Sequence record: DRR723986_7470
Strand: one strand, 5' to 3'
DNA: 48,451 bases
Shown: positions 26,064 to 38,300 of the stretch, piece after piece
Position numbering within the stretch: position 1 is the first letter of the stretch
Layout: each line of letters begins with the position of its first letter
Translations under genes and position numbers: made by a program
The notes under the pieces: generated by a model
What the model was told of the DNA's origin: nothing
The model's input: only the letters and a program-made list of their open reading frames with translations
The model's database searches: none

Positions 26064-27013
26064 ACAGCGAGCCAGCTAGCACTGCCCTGCAAGTGGTTTC
26101 CTCATTGCTTGCAGCACTGCCCGCCAGCCAGTTGCTCACCCTGGCCGCCCTGCCCATCATCCTTGTGCTCGCAGCGGTAGAGTGGTGGCATTTCCGGCGC
26201 GCCCGCATTTTCGAACTGAAAGACTCCGCCGCCAGTATCGTGATGGGGGCCGCTTATGTCCTGATAGCGGAGGGCGTCATGGTCGTGGCGTTAGTGTTGC
26301 CCGCCTATGAGTGGCTGTATCAATTCCGCATTTATACTCAGGGAGCAACCGCGGCCAGCCTGCTGCTGCTGTTTCTACTGGTGGATTTTTGCTTCTACTT
26401 GTTTCACCTGGCGGCCCATAGAATTCGATTCTTGTGGGGCGTGCATGAAGTGCATCATGCATCCGAGCATTTCAACTACACCGTCGCCTTTCGCCAGAGC
26501 ATTCTTTATGCCCTTGTCGGTGTGTACCTGTTTTTTATCCCGGCAGTACTGCTGGGGTTTACACCGGAATCCGTCTTGCTGATGTTGGCCGCTAACCTGG
26601 TGTTCCAGATCCTTCCGCATACGCAGTGGTTCGGGAGATTTCCAGAGCCGATCGAGTGGCTGTTCAACACGCCATCCAATCACCGGGTACACCATGGCCG
26701 AAATCCTGGCTACGTGGATCGCAATATGGGTGGTGTTCTCATGGTGTGGGACCACCTGTTCGGGACCTATGCCGCAGAAGCGGCCGACGAACCGGTTGAA
26801 TATGGTGTGGTCAGCCTGATTAACTCGAGCCCTGGATTCAACCCGATTACGCTGACCTTTCGGGAGTACTCCCGCATGCTCAGGGACCTCGCGAGGCCCG
26901 GCCCCCTGAACCAGCGCTTGAAACACCTGTGGGGTCCCCCGGAATGGGAACGACCCGCTACGCCAGGCCTTGATGGGCAAGGACCGGGGGCACAACAAGC
27001 TCCCGGCGCCTAG
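26060..27013 (+). CDS. Fatty acid hydroxylase/sterol desaturase family membrane protein
   Basis: His boxes FHLAAHR, HEVHH and NHRVHH, plus DRNMGG..VWDHLFGTY; hydrophobic segments. Confidence 0.9.
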   Translation: MNSEPASTALQVVSSLLAALPASQLLTLAALPIILVLAAVEWWHFRRARIFELKDSAASIVMGAAYVLIAEGVMVVALVLPAYEWLYQFRIYTQGATAASLLLLFLLVDFCFYLFHLAAHRIRFLWGVHEVHHASEHFNYTVAFRQSILYALVGVYLFFIPAVLLGFTPESVLLMLAANLVFQILPHTQWFGRFPEPIEWLFNTPSNHRVHHGRNPGYVDRNMGGVLMVWDHLFGTYAAEAADEPVEYGVVSLINSSPGFNPITLTFREYSRMLRDLARPGPLNQRLKHLWGPPEWERPATPGLDGQGPGAQQAPGA

Positions 27014-27065
27014 GTCCGTTATCGGCGGCAGAGCGCCCGGCTGGCGCGCGGACCATCAAGCCTCA

Positions 27066-29528
<2,463 letters not shown>

Positions 29529-30623
29529 TTAGTCAGCCGATATGACGTCGCCCTGTTCCACGTGGAACACTTTCAACCCCGCGTCAGCCGGCCAGAGCGC
29601 CTGTACATCCGCCTCGTTGACGCAGGTAATGAAGATTTGCGCCCCGAGTGCATCCAGGCTCTGGCAAATAAGCCGACAGTGCTGTTCGTCCAGTTCCGAC
29701 GGCAGGTCGTCGACCAGGTAGGCACAGTCTCCAGTGCCTCCCTCTGACATCAATTGCCCCTGGGCCAGCTTCAGGGCGCAGACCACCAGCTTCTGCTGGC
29801 CTCGCGACAAGGTCTCCGCAGCCAGGTAGCCATCCACCAACACCCTGATATCCGCCCTCTGGGGCCCAACATGGGTGTACCCCTGGGACCTGTCGGCTTC
29901 AAGGCTGTTACTCAGGGCGTCCTCATAACTGAGTGACCTGTCCCAACCCTGCCTGAAACTCAGCTGCAGCTTCCCAAGACCGGGCGAAAGCGCCTGGACA
30001 ATCGACTCGAATCGCGGGGAGAGGGCAGCAAAATAGTCCTTACGGAAGCTGTTGATCGCAACCCCGGAATCAACGAGATCCCGGGTCCAGGCCTCAATTT
30101 CTGAGGCGACCAGTTTATCACGTCGGAGCAGGTTGTTCCGCTGTTTAATGCAGCGCTGGAAGCGCTGCCATTGACCGAGAAAGCGGTGTTCCACGTGGAA
30201 CACTCCCCAATCCAGGTATTGTCGTCGGGCCTGGGGTGGGCCGGTCAGCAAATCAAAGCTGTCCGCATTGATCACCTGTAAAGGCAGGTGGCTTGCCAGC
30301 TCCGCCACTGTGCGCACGGTCTCTCCGGCTACCCGGATTTCCGCATCTCCCGCACTGCTCCGGCGCACGCCCACCGGGGTCTCACGCCCGGCAGAACCCG
30401 ACCGCAAAACCCCGTGTACGGTGCAATCTGCCTGGCCGTGCGCGATTAACGACTTAATGCTGGAGCTGCGGAAGGACCTGGCCATCCCCAGGATGTGGAC
30501 AGCCTCAAGAATGCTGGTTTTGCCACTACCGTTGGGGCCGGCAAACACGTTCACCCGGGACAGCTTATCCAGCCGAACCCGGGTGATGTTCCTTACCTGA
30601 TGGATATCAAGGCGATTTAGCAC
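29529..30623 (-). CDS. recF: DNA replication/repair protein RecF
   Basis: GPNGSGKTSILEA, LDWGVFHVE, GPQRAD, LSRGQQKL, LVDDLPSELD. Confidence 0.98.
   Translation of the reverse strand: MLNRLDIHQVRNITRVRLDKLSRVNVFAGPNGSGKTSILEAVHILGMARSFRSSSIKSLIAHGQADCTVHGVLRSGSAGRETPVGVRRSSAGDAEIRVAGETVRTVAELASHLPLQVINADSFDLLTGPPQARRQYLDWGVFHVEHRFLGQWQRFQRCIKQRNNLLRRDKLVASEIEAWTRDLVDSGVAINSFRKDYFAALSPRFESIVQALSPGLGKLQLSFRQGWDRSLSYEDALSNSLEADRSQGYTHVGPQRADIRVLVDGYLAAETLSRGQQKLVVCALKLAQGQLMSEGGTGDCAYLVDDLPSELDEQHCRLICQSLDALGAQIFITCVNEADVQALWPADAGLKVFHVEQGDVISAD
29554..29569. promoter_or_regulatory. parS centromere site inside the recF 3' end
   Basis: Perfect palindrome TGTTCCACGTGGAACA. Confidence 0.92.
30187..30202. 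promoter_or_regulatory. parS centromere site inside recF
   Basis: Perfect palindrome TGTTCCACGTGGAACA (extends to GTGTTCCACGTGGAACAC, 30186-30203). Confidence 0.92.
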
Positions 30624-30702
30624 GTTGGGGCGCTATCCAGGGCCACGGCCACCCACCTCAATGGAAACGCCGCGGCGAGGAAGGCGCCGGGCTCCGGGGC
30701 GG

Positions 30703-31806
30703 CTATAGCCGCATGGGCATGACAACATACAGTGAATCGTCCCCCTCGGTCTCCTCCAGCAGCGCGCTGCTATTGGGGTCCGACAGGGAAAGCTTAACCT
30801 GTTCTCCGCTCAACACACCCAGGACGTCGAGCAGGTAACTGACGTTAAAGCCGATTTCCACGCCATCGCCCTGGTAGTTTACCGGCACCACTTCCTCAGC
30901 CTGTTCTTGCTCGGGATTATTGGCGACGATCTCCAGGTTATCCGTTGCCAGCTTCAGCCGTACCCCGCGGTATTTCTCATTGGAAAGAATGGCGGTTCGG
31001 GTAAACGCCTGGCGCAGCTCCAGCCGCGAGCCGACAACAATCTTGTCGGCAGCGCGTGGCAGGACGCGCTCATAGTCGGGAAACTTGCCGTCGACCAGCT
31101 TTGAGGTAAAGGTAAAGTGCTCGGTGGTGGCACGCAGGTGATTGCTGCCGATTACAATGCCAATCTCGGCATCTTCATCCATCAGCAGCCGCGCCAGCTC
31201 GAGCACACCCTTGCGCGGGAGAATGACCTGCACATCACTGTCCGATTCCAGGGAGGAGGGCAGGGTGCACATGGCAAGACGGTGGCCATCTGTCGCCACT
31301 ACCCGCAGGTGACCCGACTTAAGTTCCCAGAGCATGCCGTTCAGGTAATAGCGAACATCCTGCTGGGCCATCGCAAACCCGGTGCGGTCGATGAGGCGCC
31401 GCAGCTGGCCCTGTTTCAGGTTGAACTGGTGCGTACCGAGCCCATCTTCAACGCTCGGGAATTCCCGCGCGGGCAAGGTCGAGAGTGTAAAGCGACTGCG
31501 CCCTGACCTGACCGTCACCTTGCCATCTTCAGCGGCAAACTGGATCTCGCTGCCTTCTGGCAAGGATTTACAGATATCCACGAGCTTGCGCGCGGGTACC
31601 GTTAGCTCACCGTTCTCCCCGGCTTTCGACAGCTTGACCCGGCCGATCAGCTCGACCTCCAGGTCGGTCCCGGTGAGCGACAGGTGCTCGCCCTCCAAAA
31701 CCAGCAGCACGTTAGACAAAATCGGCAGGGTCTGGCGCCGCTCTACCACGCCAGCGACCAGGTTGAGCGGTGTCAGAAGATCATCACGGGAGACAGTGAA
31801 CTTCAT
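30703..31806 (-). CDS. dnaN: DNA polymerase III beta clamp
   Basis: VVERRQTLPILSNVL, AQQDVRYYLNG, ATDGHRL, GKFPDYERV, YVVMPMRL. Confidence 0.99.
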   Translation of the reverse strand: MKFTVSRDDLLTPLNLVAGVVERRQTLPILSNVLLVLEGEHLSLTGTDLEVELIGRVKLSKAGENGELTVPARKLVDICKSLPEGSEIQFAAEDGKVTVRSGRSRFTLSTLPAREFPSVEDGLGTHQFNLKQGQLRRLIDRTGFAMAQQDVRYYLNGMLWELKSGHLRVVATDGHRLAMCTLPSSLESDSDVQVILPRKGVLELARLLMDEDAEIGIVIGSNHLRATTEHFTFTSKLVDGKFPDYERVLPRAADKIVVGSRLELRQAFTRTAILSNEKYRGVRLKLATDNLEIVANNPEQEQAEEVVPVNYQGDGVEIGFNVSYLLDVLGVLSGEQVKLSLSDPNSSALLEETEGDDSLYVVMPMRL

Positions 31807-31919
31807 AAATTATCGTAATCCTTGTATCACGCAGCAATTACGGCCGGACACCGCGGCTTCGCACCCGATCCCGGCCATCTCGTGTTTTATAAAACCAAGA
31901 TTCTTTTCCCGCGCAGCCC

Positions 31920-33401
31920 TCAGGTGGTGAGCGATCGCAAAAGATTCTTATAGTCTTCGCGAATATCGGAATTGGTCTCGCGAAGCTCCTTGATTTTACG
32001 ACATGCGTGAAGAACTGTCGTGTGGTCTCGGCCACCAAAGCTGTCGCCGATTTCCGGCAAGCTGTGGTTGGTGAGCTCCTTCGCCAGGGCCATAGCGACC
32101 TGGCGCGGGCGTGCAACCGAGCGGCTCCGGCGCCGGGACATCAGATCCGCAATCTTGATCTTGTAGTACTCGGCTACCGTGCGTTGAATATTGTCGAGAC
32201 TTACCTGCTTGTCCTGCAGGGCGAGCAGGTCCTTCAGGCTATCCTTGATCAGCTCGATATCTACCGCCCGCCCGGTGAAGTGGGCGCTCGCTATCACCCG
32301 CTTAAGCGCACCTTCTAGCTCACGGACATTGGAGCGGATACGCTGCGCGATGAAAAAGGCGGCGTCCGGCGGCAGGTCAACCCGCGCTTCCGTGGCTTTC
32401 TTCATCAGGATTGCGACCCGGGTTTCCAGCTCCGGCGGCTCAACGGCAACCGTCAGACCCCAGCCAAAGCGAGACTTGAGGCGTTCCTCGAGGCCATCAA
32501 TTTCCTTCGGGTAGCGGTCACAGGTCAGGATCATTTGCTGGCCGCCTTCGAGCAGGGCGTTGAAGGTATGAAAAAATTCTTCCTGGGACCGATCTTTTTT
32601 GGCGAAAAACTGGATGTCATCAATCAGCAGAGCATCGACTGACCGGTAATACCGCTTGAAGTCGTTGATCGCATTAAGCTGCAGAGCCTTGACCATATCG
32701 GCGACAAAACGCTCGGAATGCAGGTAGACAATTCGCGCACCCGGGTTTGCTACGCGTAGCGCATTACCGACTGCGTGCATGAGGTGGGTTTTACCCAGGC
32801 CGACACCGCCGTAAAGAAACAGCGGGTTGTAGGAATCGCCCGGATTCTCCGCCACCTGCCGGGCGGCTGCCAAGGCGAGCTGGTTAGACTTACCCTCAAC
32901 AAAGCTGTCAAACGTATAGTTTTCCACCAGATTATGCTGGTGTTGCGGGGTCTCCACCGCTGCCTGCGGCGGCTGGCTGCGGGTAACTGACGCCCGATTA
33001 TGGATAGGGTCTGTCGCACGATCACCGGAACGGAGCCGGGACTCCGGTTCGGACCACTGCCTGCTGACCGCCTGCCCGGAAACCGCGGGAGCTGAACCCG
33101 GGGCGTGCTGAACACCATTAGTAGATAGCGCCGGACTGTACCCATTGGCGGCGCTGGCGCCAATTTCCAGAACGACCTGGGGATGTACAGCATCGCTGAG
33201 CTCAGCGATCAATTCGTTTATCCGGGCGGAAAACTTGTCGGCGACAAATTCCTTAATGAAACGATTGGGTGCATAAAGATGGATTTCCTGACCCTGCTCG
33301 CTGGCCTGTAACGGCCTGATCCACGTGTTAAATTGTTGCGAAGGTAACTCATCCTGGAGTCTATCCACGCACTGCTGCCAAACTACTCCTGGCAAAACCA
33401 T
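31920..33401 (-). CDS. dnaA: Chromosomal replication initiator DnaA
   Basis: [45 protein letters not shown]. Exact start codon uncertain. Confidence 0.99.
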   Translation of the reverse strand: MVLPGVVWQQCVDRLQDELPSQQFNTWIRPLQASEQGQEIHLYAPNRFIKEFVADKFSARINELIAELSDAVHPQVVLEIGASAANGYSPALSTNGVQHAPGSAPAVSGQAVSRQWSEPESRLRSGDRATDPIHNRASVTRSQPPQAAVETPQHQHNLVENYTFDSFVEGKSNQLALAAARQVAENPGDSYNPLFLYGGVGLGKTHLMHAVGNALRVANPGARIVYLHSERFVADMVKALQLNAINDFKRYYRSVDALLIDDIQFFAKKDRSQEEFFHTFNALLEGGQQMILTCDRYPKEIDGLEERLKSRFGWGLTVAVEPPELETRVAILMKKATEARVDLPPDAAFFIAQRIRSNVRELEGALKRVIASAHFTGRAVDIELIKDSLKDLLALQDKQVSLDNIQRTVAEYYKIKIADLMSRRRSRSVARPRQVAMALAKELTNHSLPEIGDSFGGRDHTTVLHACRKIKELRETNSDIREDYKNLLRSLTT

Positions 33402-33509
33402 CCCCTTGAACCGGGTTTGACCGGTGTTTAATCAATTACAACAACAACTGTTAGTCTTTTTGTGCTCGGGCCGTTCTTTCCAGCCGAGCAACGCATCATA
33501 CTCTCGAAA

Positions 33510-33680
33510 ATATGACTTATCCACAAAAAAATTCGACTCGTATTATCAAATTATTTTCTTATATATCATATAGTTATCTATAATCCTGTGGATTTTTCCA
33601 GCGCCCGGCAAAATTTTTAATAAACAGGGTTTTCTGTGGATAAGTTGTGTGTATCTTTGGGGGAAATTGTGGGGCGATTG
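33510..33680. promoter_or_regulatory. DnaA-box cluster with AT-rich tract between dnaA and rpmH (oriC candidate 1 / dnaA promoter)
   Basis: TTATCCACA at 33517-33525, TGTGGATAA at 33635-33643, degenerate TGTGGATTT at 33587-33595, and an AT-rich stretch at 33541-33585. Confidence 0.75.
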
Positions 33681-33910
33681 CCCCAGCGCAGGGTCTGACT
33701 GCGTTTGCTGCCAGGGCTGGTCTATCACCTGACCTGCGACTCTGAGCACGCACCGGAGCCAACATCCGGGGCCCGTAGAGCGGGCACAAAAAGCCCTGAT
33801 CACCAATTGAATAACTGCCGTCATTTCAATAGAATAGCCGACCTTTTTTCGGCCCCGCCGCAAAACTGCCCTGGCAGTCTATCCGGCACGGCACCCAACA
33901 GATCTTTTGA

Positions 33911-34060
<150 letters not shown>

Positions 34061-34063
34061 TAG

Positions 34064-34486
34064 ATGCCGCTCCCGGTGAGCGGTGCTTCCGAACAAAGCC
34101 TCTGTACGTCAGGTTTCGGGAAGGACCGCCGCTTACTCACCGCGCCTGACTATTCATCCGTCTTCGACAACAGCGAAGCCCGCGCCTCACATCGCCACTT
34201 TCTGTTGCTGGGCAAGCGCTCATCGACACCCGTTTCCCGACTTGGGCTGGTAATAGCCAAGAAAAACGTGCGCAAAGCCGTACAGCGCAACCGGGTGAAG
34301 CGCCTGGTGCGGGAATGGTTTCGGCAGTTGCCCGATACGGCGCACCCTGTGGATATGGTATTCCTCGCACGCCACGGGGTAGACGAGTTGGACAATGAAG
34401 CGCTTTCATCTATATTGCGCGAGCAATGGCGGAAGCTGATCCGCCAGCTTCCCACCAACGATGAACCCGATCACAGAGCCGAGTGA
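34064..34486 (+). CDS. rnpA: Ribonuclease P protein component
   Basis: RLGLVIAKKNVRKAVQRNRVKRLVRE (RNR motif). Start may lie slightly downstream. Confidence 0.95.
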   Translation: MPLPVSGASEQSLCTSGFGKDRRLLTAPDYSSVFDNSEARASHRHFLLLGKRSSTPVSRLGLVIAKKNVRKAVQRNRVKRLVREWFRQLPDTAHPVDMVFLARHGVDELDNEALSSILREQWRKLIRQLPTNDEPDHRAE

Positions 34487-34713
34487 TGAGACGCCTTTTT
34501 ATTCTCATGATTGATATCTACAAGGCCTGCCTCAGTCCGTTCCTGGGGCACCATTGTCGGTTCTACCCCACGTGCTCCAGCTATGCCCAGGAAGCCATCG
34601 CGTCACATGGTGCAATAAAAGGAAGCAAGATGGCGTTGCGCCGCCTCGGTAAGTGCCATCCCTGGCATGAAGGTGGCGTGGACCCTGTACCCCAAATCCC
34701 GGAAAACAACTGA
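34483..34713 (+). CDS. yidD: Membrane protein insertion efficiency factor YidD
   Basis: CRFYPTCSSYA...RRLGKCHPWHEGGVDPVP. Confidence 0.96.
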   Translation: MMRRLFILMIDIYKACLSPFLGHHCRFYPTCSSYAQEAIASHGAIKGSKMALRRLGKCHPWHEGGVDPVPQIPENN

Positions 34714-34727
34714 CATAAGACAACCCT

Positions 34728-36422
34728 ATGGATCTGCAACGCTCACTGCTGATAGGTGTTATCGCCGTTCTCTCCTTCATGCTGCTTACCGAGTGGGTAG
34801 CATTCAAGGAGCAGCGCAGTGAGGTACCCAGTGCCCAACAGGACAGACTGACCGCCAACGGCGATGCCGTGATCGCGGGAAATCTACCGCCGCCACTGCC
34901 TGTTGCTATCGAAGCCAGCGACGACCTGCCCTCCCTGCCGGAATCCACTCCCGCCGCAGCGCCGGTTACCACCGCGAGTGGTTCGGGCAACATCATCCAG
35001 GTCTATACCGATGTCCTGCAACTGGCTATCGATCTCCAGGGCGGCGATATCGTGGAAGTCGCGCTGCCCAAACACCTGGAGGAAATCGACACCCCGGATA
35101 AACCCTTTGTACTGTTGGAGCAAAATACCAACCGTATCTATATCGCCCAGAGTGGACTGATTGGCCAGAACGGGATCGACAGCAAGGGCCGGGCCCAGTT
35201 CACCGCCAACGCTTCCCGCTTTGAACTTGGCGATGGCGACACAGAGCTGCAGATTGACCTGACCCTGGCCGAACCGGGTGATGCGAAGGTTATTAAACGC
35301 TTCACCTTGCGACCGGGCGACTACCTGGTGGACGTGGAATACCTGGTGACCAACACCAGTGACTCCCGCTGGCAGGCAAACCTGTTCGGCCAGATAAAGC
35401 GTGATAATTCACCCCAGCCAAGCAGCGACACCGGAGGCATGGGACTGCAGCCTTTCCTGGGCGCAGCTATTACCCGCCCGGACGAGCGCTTCAGCAAAAT
35501 CAGCTTCGACGATATGGCGGAAGAGCCGCTGAAGGAACAGTTGCCTGGCGGATGGATCGCCATGATCCAGCATTATTTCCTGAGTGCCTGGATTCCTAAC
35601 CCCAACCAGTCTCATACCTACAGCACCCGGGTTACCTCCGGTGGTTTCAATATCGCCGGGTTTACCAGCCCCGCACTTAGCCTGGACCCGGGCCAGAGCG
35701 GCAGCACCGGTGCCAGCTTCTACGCCGGACCCAAGGACCAATACCGGCTGGAGGAAATTTCCCCCTATCTGGATCTCAGCGTCGACTACGGCTGGTTGTG
35801 GTGGATCGCCCAACCGCTGTTCTGGCTGCTGATAAAAATCCATGCCCTGGTGGCGAACTGGGGTGTCGCTATCATCCTGCTGACAGTGCTGATCAAGGCG
35901 GCTTTCTTCAAGCTATCCGCTACCAGCTACCGCTCGATGGCCAATATGCGCCGTGTCCAACCCAAGATGGTGGATATTCGCGAGCAGTATGCCGACGACA
36001 AACAAAAGCAGTCGCAGGCAATGATGGAGCTCTATCGCAAAGAGAAAATTAACCCGATGGGTGGCTGCCTGCCGATCCTGGTACAGATGCCGGTATTCAT
36101 CGCCCTGTACTGGGTACTGATGGAAAGCGTGGAACTGCGCCACGCGCCCTTCATGCTGTGGATCAAGGACCTGTCAGTCATGGACCCGTACTTCGTGCTG
36201 CCGCTGATGATGGGAGCCAGCATGTGGTTCATGCAGAAACTCAACCCGCCGCCACCGGATCCCATGCAGGCAAAAATCATGCAGTGGATGCCGATTGTGT
36301 TTACTTTCTTCTTCCTCTGGTTCCCCGCGGGTCTGGTCCTTTACTGGGTGGTTAACAACCTGCTCTCCATGGCCCAGCAATACGTGATCACCCGGCAAAT
36401 CGAAAAAGCTGCCGCCGGATGA
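34728..36422 (+). CDS. yidC: Membrane protein insertase YidC
   Basis: VDYGWLWWIAQPLF, NPMGGCLPILVQMP, LSVMDPYFVLP, PAGLVLYW. Confidence 0.98.
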   Translation: MDLQRSLLIGVIAVLSFMLLTEWVAFKEQRSEVPSAQQDRLTANGDAVIAGNLPPPLPVAIEASDDLPSLPESTPAAAPVTTASGSGNIIQVYTDVLQLAIDLQGGDIVEVALPKHLEEIDTPDKPFVLLEQNTNRIYIAQSGLIGQNGIDSKGRAQFTANASRFELGDGDTELQIDLTLAEPGDAKVIKRFTLRPGDYLVDVEYLVTNTSDSRWQANLFGQIKRDNSPQPSSDTGGMGLQPFLGAAITRPDERFSKISFDDMAEEPLKEQLPGGWIAMIQHYFLSAWIPNPNQSHTYSTRVTSGGFNIAGFTSPALSLDPGQSGSTGASFYAGPKDQYRLEEISPYLDLSVDYGWLWWIAQPLFWLLIKIHALVANWGVAIILLTVLIKAAFFKLSATSYRSMANMRRVQPKMVDIREQYADDKQKQSQAMMELYRKEKINPMGGCLPILVQMPVFIALYWVLMESVELRHAPFMLWIKDLSVMDPYFVLPLMMGASMWFMQKLNPPPPDPMQAKIMQWMPIVFTFFFLWFPAGLVLYWVVNNLLSMAQQYVITRQIEKAAAG

Positions 36423-36428
36423 TGGTCG

Positions 36429-37811
36429 ATGGACAACGGCACGGCCGCTGACAGGGACACGATTGCCGCGATAGCCACGGCACCCGGGCGCGGCGGCGTC
36501 GGCATCATTCGTGTTTCCGGGCCCCGGGCACTGGCCATCGGTGAACAGATCACCGGCAGCCCCCTGCAACCCCGCCACGCTGGCTACAGCCAGTTTGTCG
36601 ACCGTGACCGCGGCCTGATCGACAGCGGTATCGCGATCTACTTCCAGACGCCAAACTCCTTTACCGGGGAAGACGTCATTGAACTCCAGGGCCACGGTGG
36701 CCCGGTAATCATGGACAGACTGCTCGCCGCCTGTATCAGGCTGGGCGCACGACAGGCGCGGCCCGGTGAATTTTCTGAACGCGCTTTCCTGAATGGGCGA
36801 ATGGACCTGGCCCAGGCTGAAGCCGTGGCGGATCTCATCAATAGCAGCACCGAGCAAGCTGCGAGCAATGCCATACACTCCCTGCAGGGGGTGTTTTCCG
36901 CTCGTATCAACGAATTGGTTTCAGCCGTTATTGCTCTGCGGGTCTATGTGGAAGCGGCGATCGACTTCCCGGAGGAAGAAATCGACTTTCTGCAGGACGG
37001 TGACGTAGCGCGCCAGCTCGAAGACCTTATCCAGCGCCTCGAGGATGTTCTCACTGAAGCCAGGCAAGGTAGCCTCATCCAGGAAGGTATGAAGCTGGTG
37101 ATCGCCGGGCGTCCGAACGCCGGCAAGTCGAGCTTGCTCAACGCCCTTGCCGGGCAGGACAGCGCAATCGTCACTGCAATTCCCGGTACGACCCGCGATG
37201 TACTGCGCGAGCATATCCAGATCGAGGGTATGCCGCTGCACATCGTCGACACTGCCGGTCTGCGTGATAGCTCTGATCCTGTAGAACAGGAAGGGATCCG
37301 ACGGGCATGGGATGAAATCAGCTCCGCAGACAGAATCCTGTTAGTAGTCGACAGCGCATCTACGCCCACCAACGAGGTCAGCGCTGATGTCCTGTGGCCG
37401 GAGTACCGCGATAGATTAACTGCTGAGATACCAGTAACTATCATCCTCAACAAGTGCGACCTGACTAATGACAGTCCAGCACTGGAAGCGCACGGTGCAA
37501 CGACCTGGCTGCGCCTCTCGGCCCAGACCGGGGCTGGTATGGACTTGTTACGACAACACCTGACAGCTTGCATGGGCTATAGCAGCGGGGGTGAAGGCAG
37601 GTTCAGTGCGCGCCGGCGACACGTTGTCGCCCTGGAACAGGCACGTGATTTCCTGCTCTCGGGAAAACAGCAGCTGCTGGGCGCAGCAGCCGGTGAGTTG
37701 TTGGCAGAAGATCTGCGCCTGTGCCAGGCCAGCCTCGGTGAGATTACCGGCACCGTCACCAGCGACCAGCTGCTGGGAGAAATCTTTTCCAGCTTCTGTA
37801 TTGGCAAGTAA
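36429..37811 (+). CDS. mnmE: tRNA modification GTPase MnmE
   Basis: [49 protein letters not shown]. Confidence 0.99.
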   Translation: MDNGTAADRDTIAAIATAPGRGGVGIIRVSGPRALAIGEQITGSPLQPRHAGYSQFVDRDRGLIDSGIAIYFQTPNSFTGEDVIELQGHGGPVIMDRLLAACIRLGARQARPGEFSERAFLNGRMDLAQAEAVADLINSSTEQAASNAIHSLQGVFSARINELVSAVIALRVYVEAAIDFPEEEIDFLQDGDVARQLEDLIQRLEDVLTEARQGSLIQEGMKLVIAGRPNAGKSSLLNALAGQDSAIVTAIPGTTRDVLREHIQIEGMPLHIVDTAGLRDSSDPVEQEGIRRAWDEISSADRILLVVDSASTPTNEVSADVLWPEYRDRLTAEIPVTIILNKCDLTNDSPALEAHGATTWLRLSAQTGAGMDLLRQHLTACMGYSSGGEGRFSARRRHVVALEQARDFLLSGKQQLLGAAAGELLAEDLRLCQASLGEITGTVTSDQLLGEIFSSFCIGK

Positions 37812-38200
37812 GTCACAGCCGACCCACAGCTTACCCCCGCTAGGTAAAAGCTATCCACAGGCTCGAAAGAGGATGTCTACAGGCCAGTCTGTTAATCGGC
37901 GGCGCTGTTGTCCCCTGTGGACGGTGCCCGGGATAATCAGGGAGTAAGATCGGTAGAAGCCGGGATGAATTCCGGGTGGCGACAGGCAAATTTGACAGGC
38001 AGTTATCTTGTACACACCGGGTGCAGAGCTTGTCACCGCCAGGCCACGTGCTTACCCGCTGCCTTATCCCGCGTGCAAGCTATTGAGTTGTCGGGTTTTA
38101 TCGGGGTTTTCCCCAGTCAATGCGTGGCCTAATAATTACAATAATAGTTCTATCTACTTACTTATCTATATATATCTAATACTTAATTATTTAATACAGC
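37812..38200. promoter_or_regulatory. Second DnaA-box/AT-rich region between mnmE and mnmG (oriC candidate 2)
   Basis: CTATCCACA at 37851-37859, TTGTACACA at 38008-38016, TTTTCCCCA at 38107-38115, then GGCC and a ~70-bp very AT-rich tract at about 38130-38198. Confidence 0.65.
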
Positions 38201-38227
38201 GAGCGTAATTTTCCCGCAGGCTGAATT

Positions 38228-38256
38228 TTGTACAGCCTGCCCGGTGGACGTATAAT
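38228..38256 (+). promoter_or_regulatory. sigma70 promoter for mnmG
   Basis: TTGTAC (38228-38233), 17-bp spacer, TATAAT (38251-38256). Confidence 0.7.
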
Positions 38257-38300
38257 CGCGAGCCTTTTTGCAAATGGCCAATGCGCCGCGAGACACCCTG

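Noticed and set aside
33437-33448. TACAACAACAAC trinucleotide run near the dnaA start as possible DnaA-trios
   Set aside because: No adjacent, correctly placed DnaA box (nearest is about 70 bp away on the other side); insufficient support.
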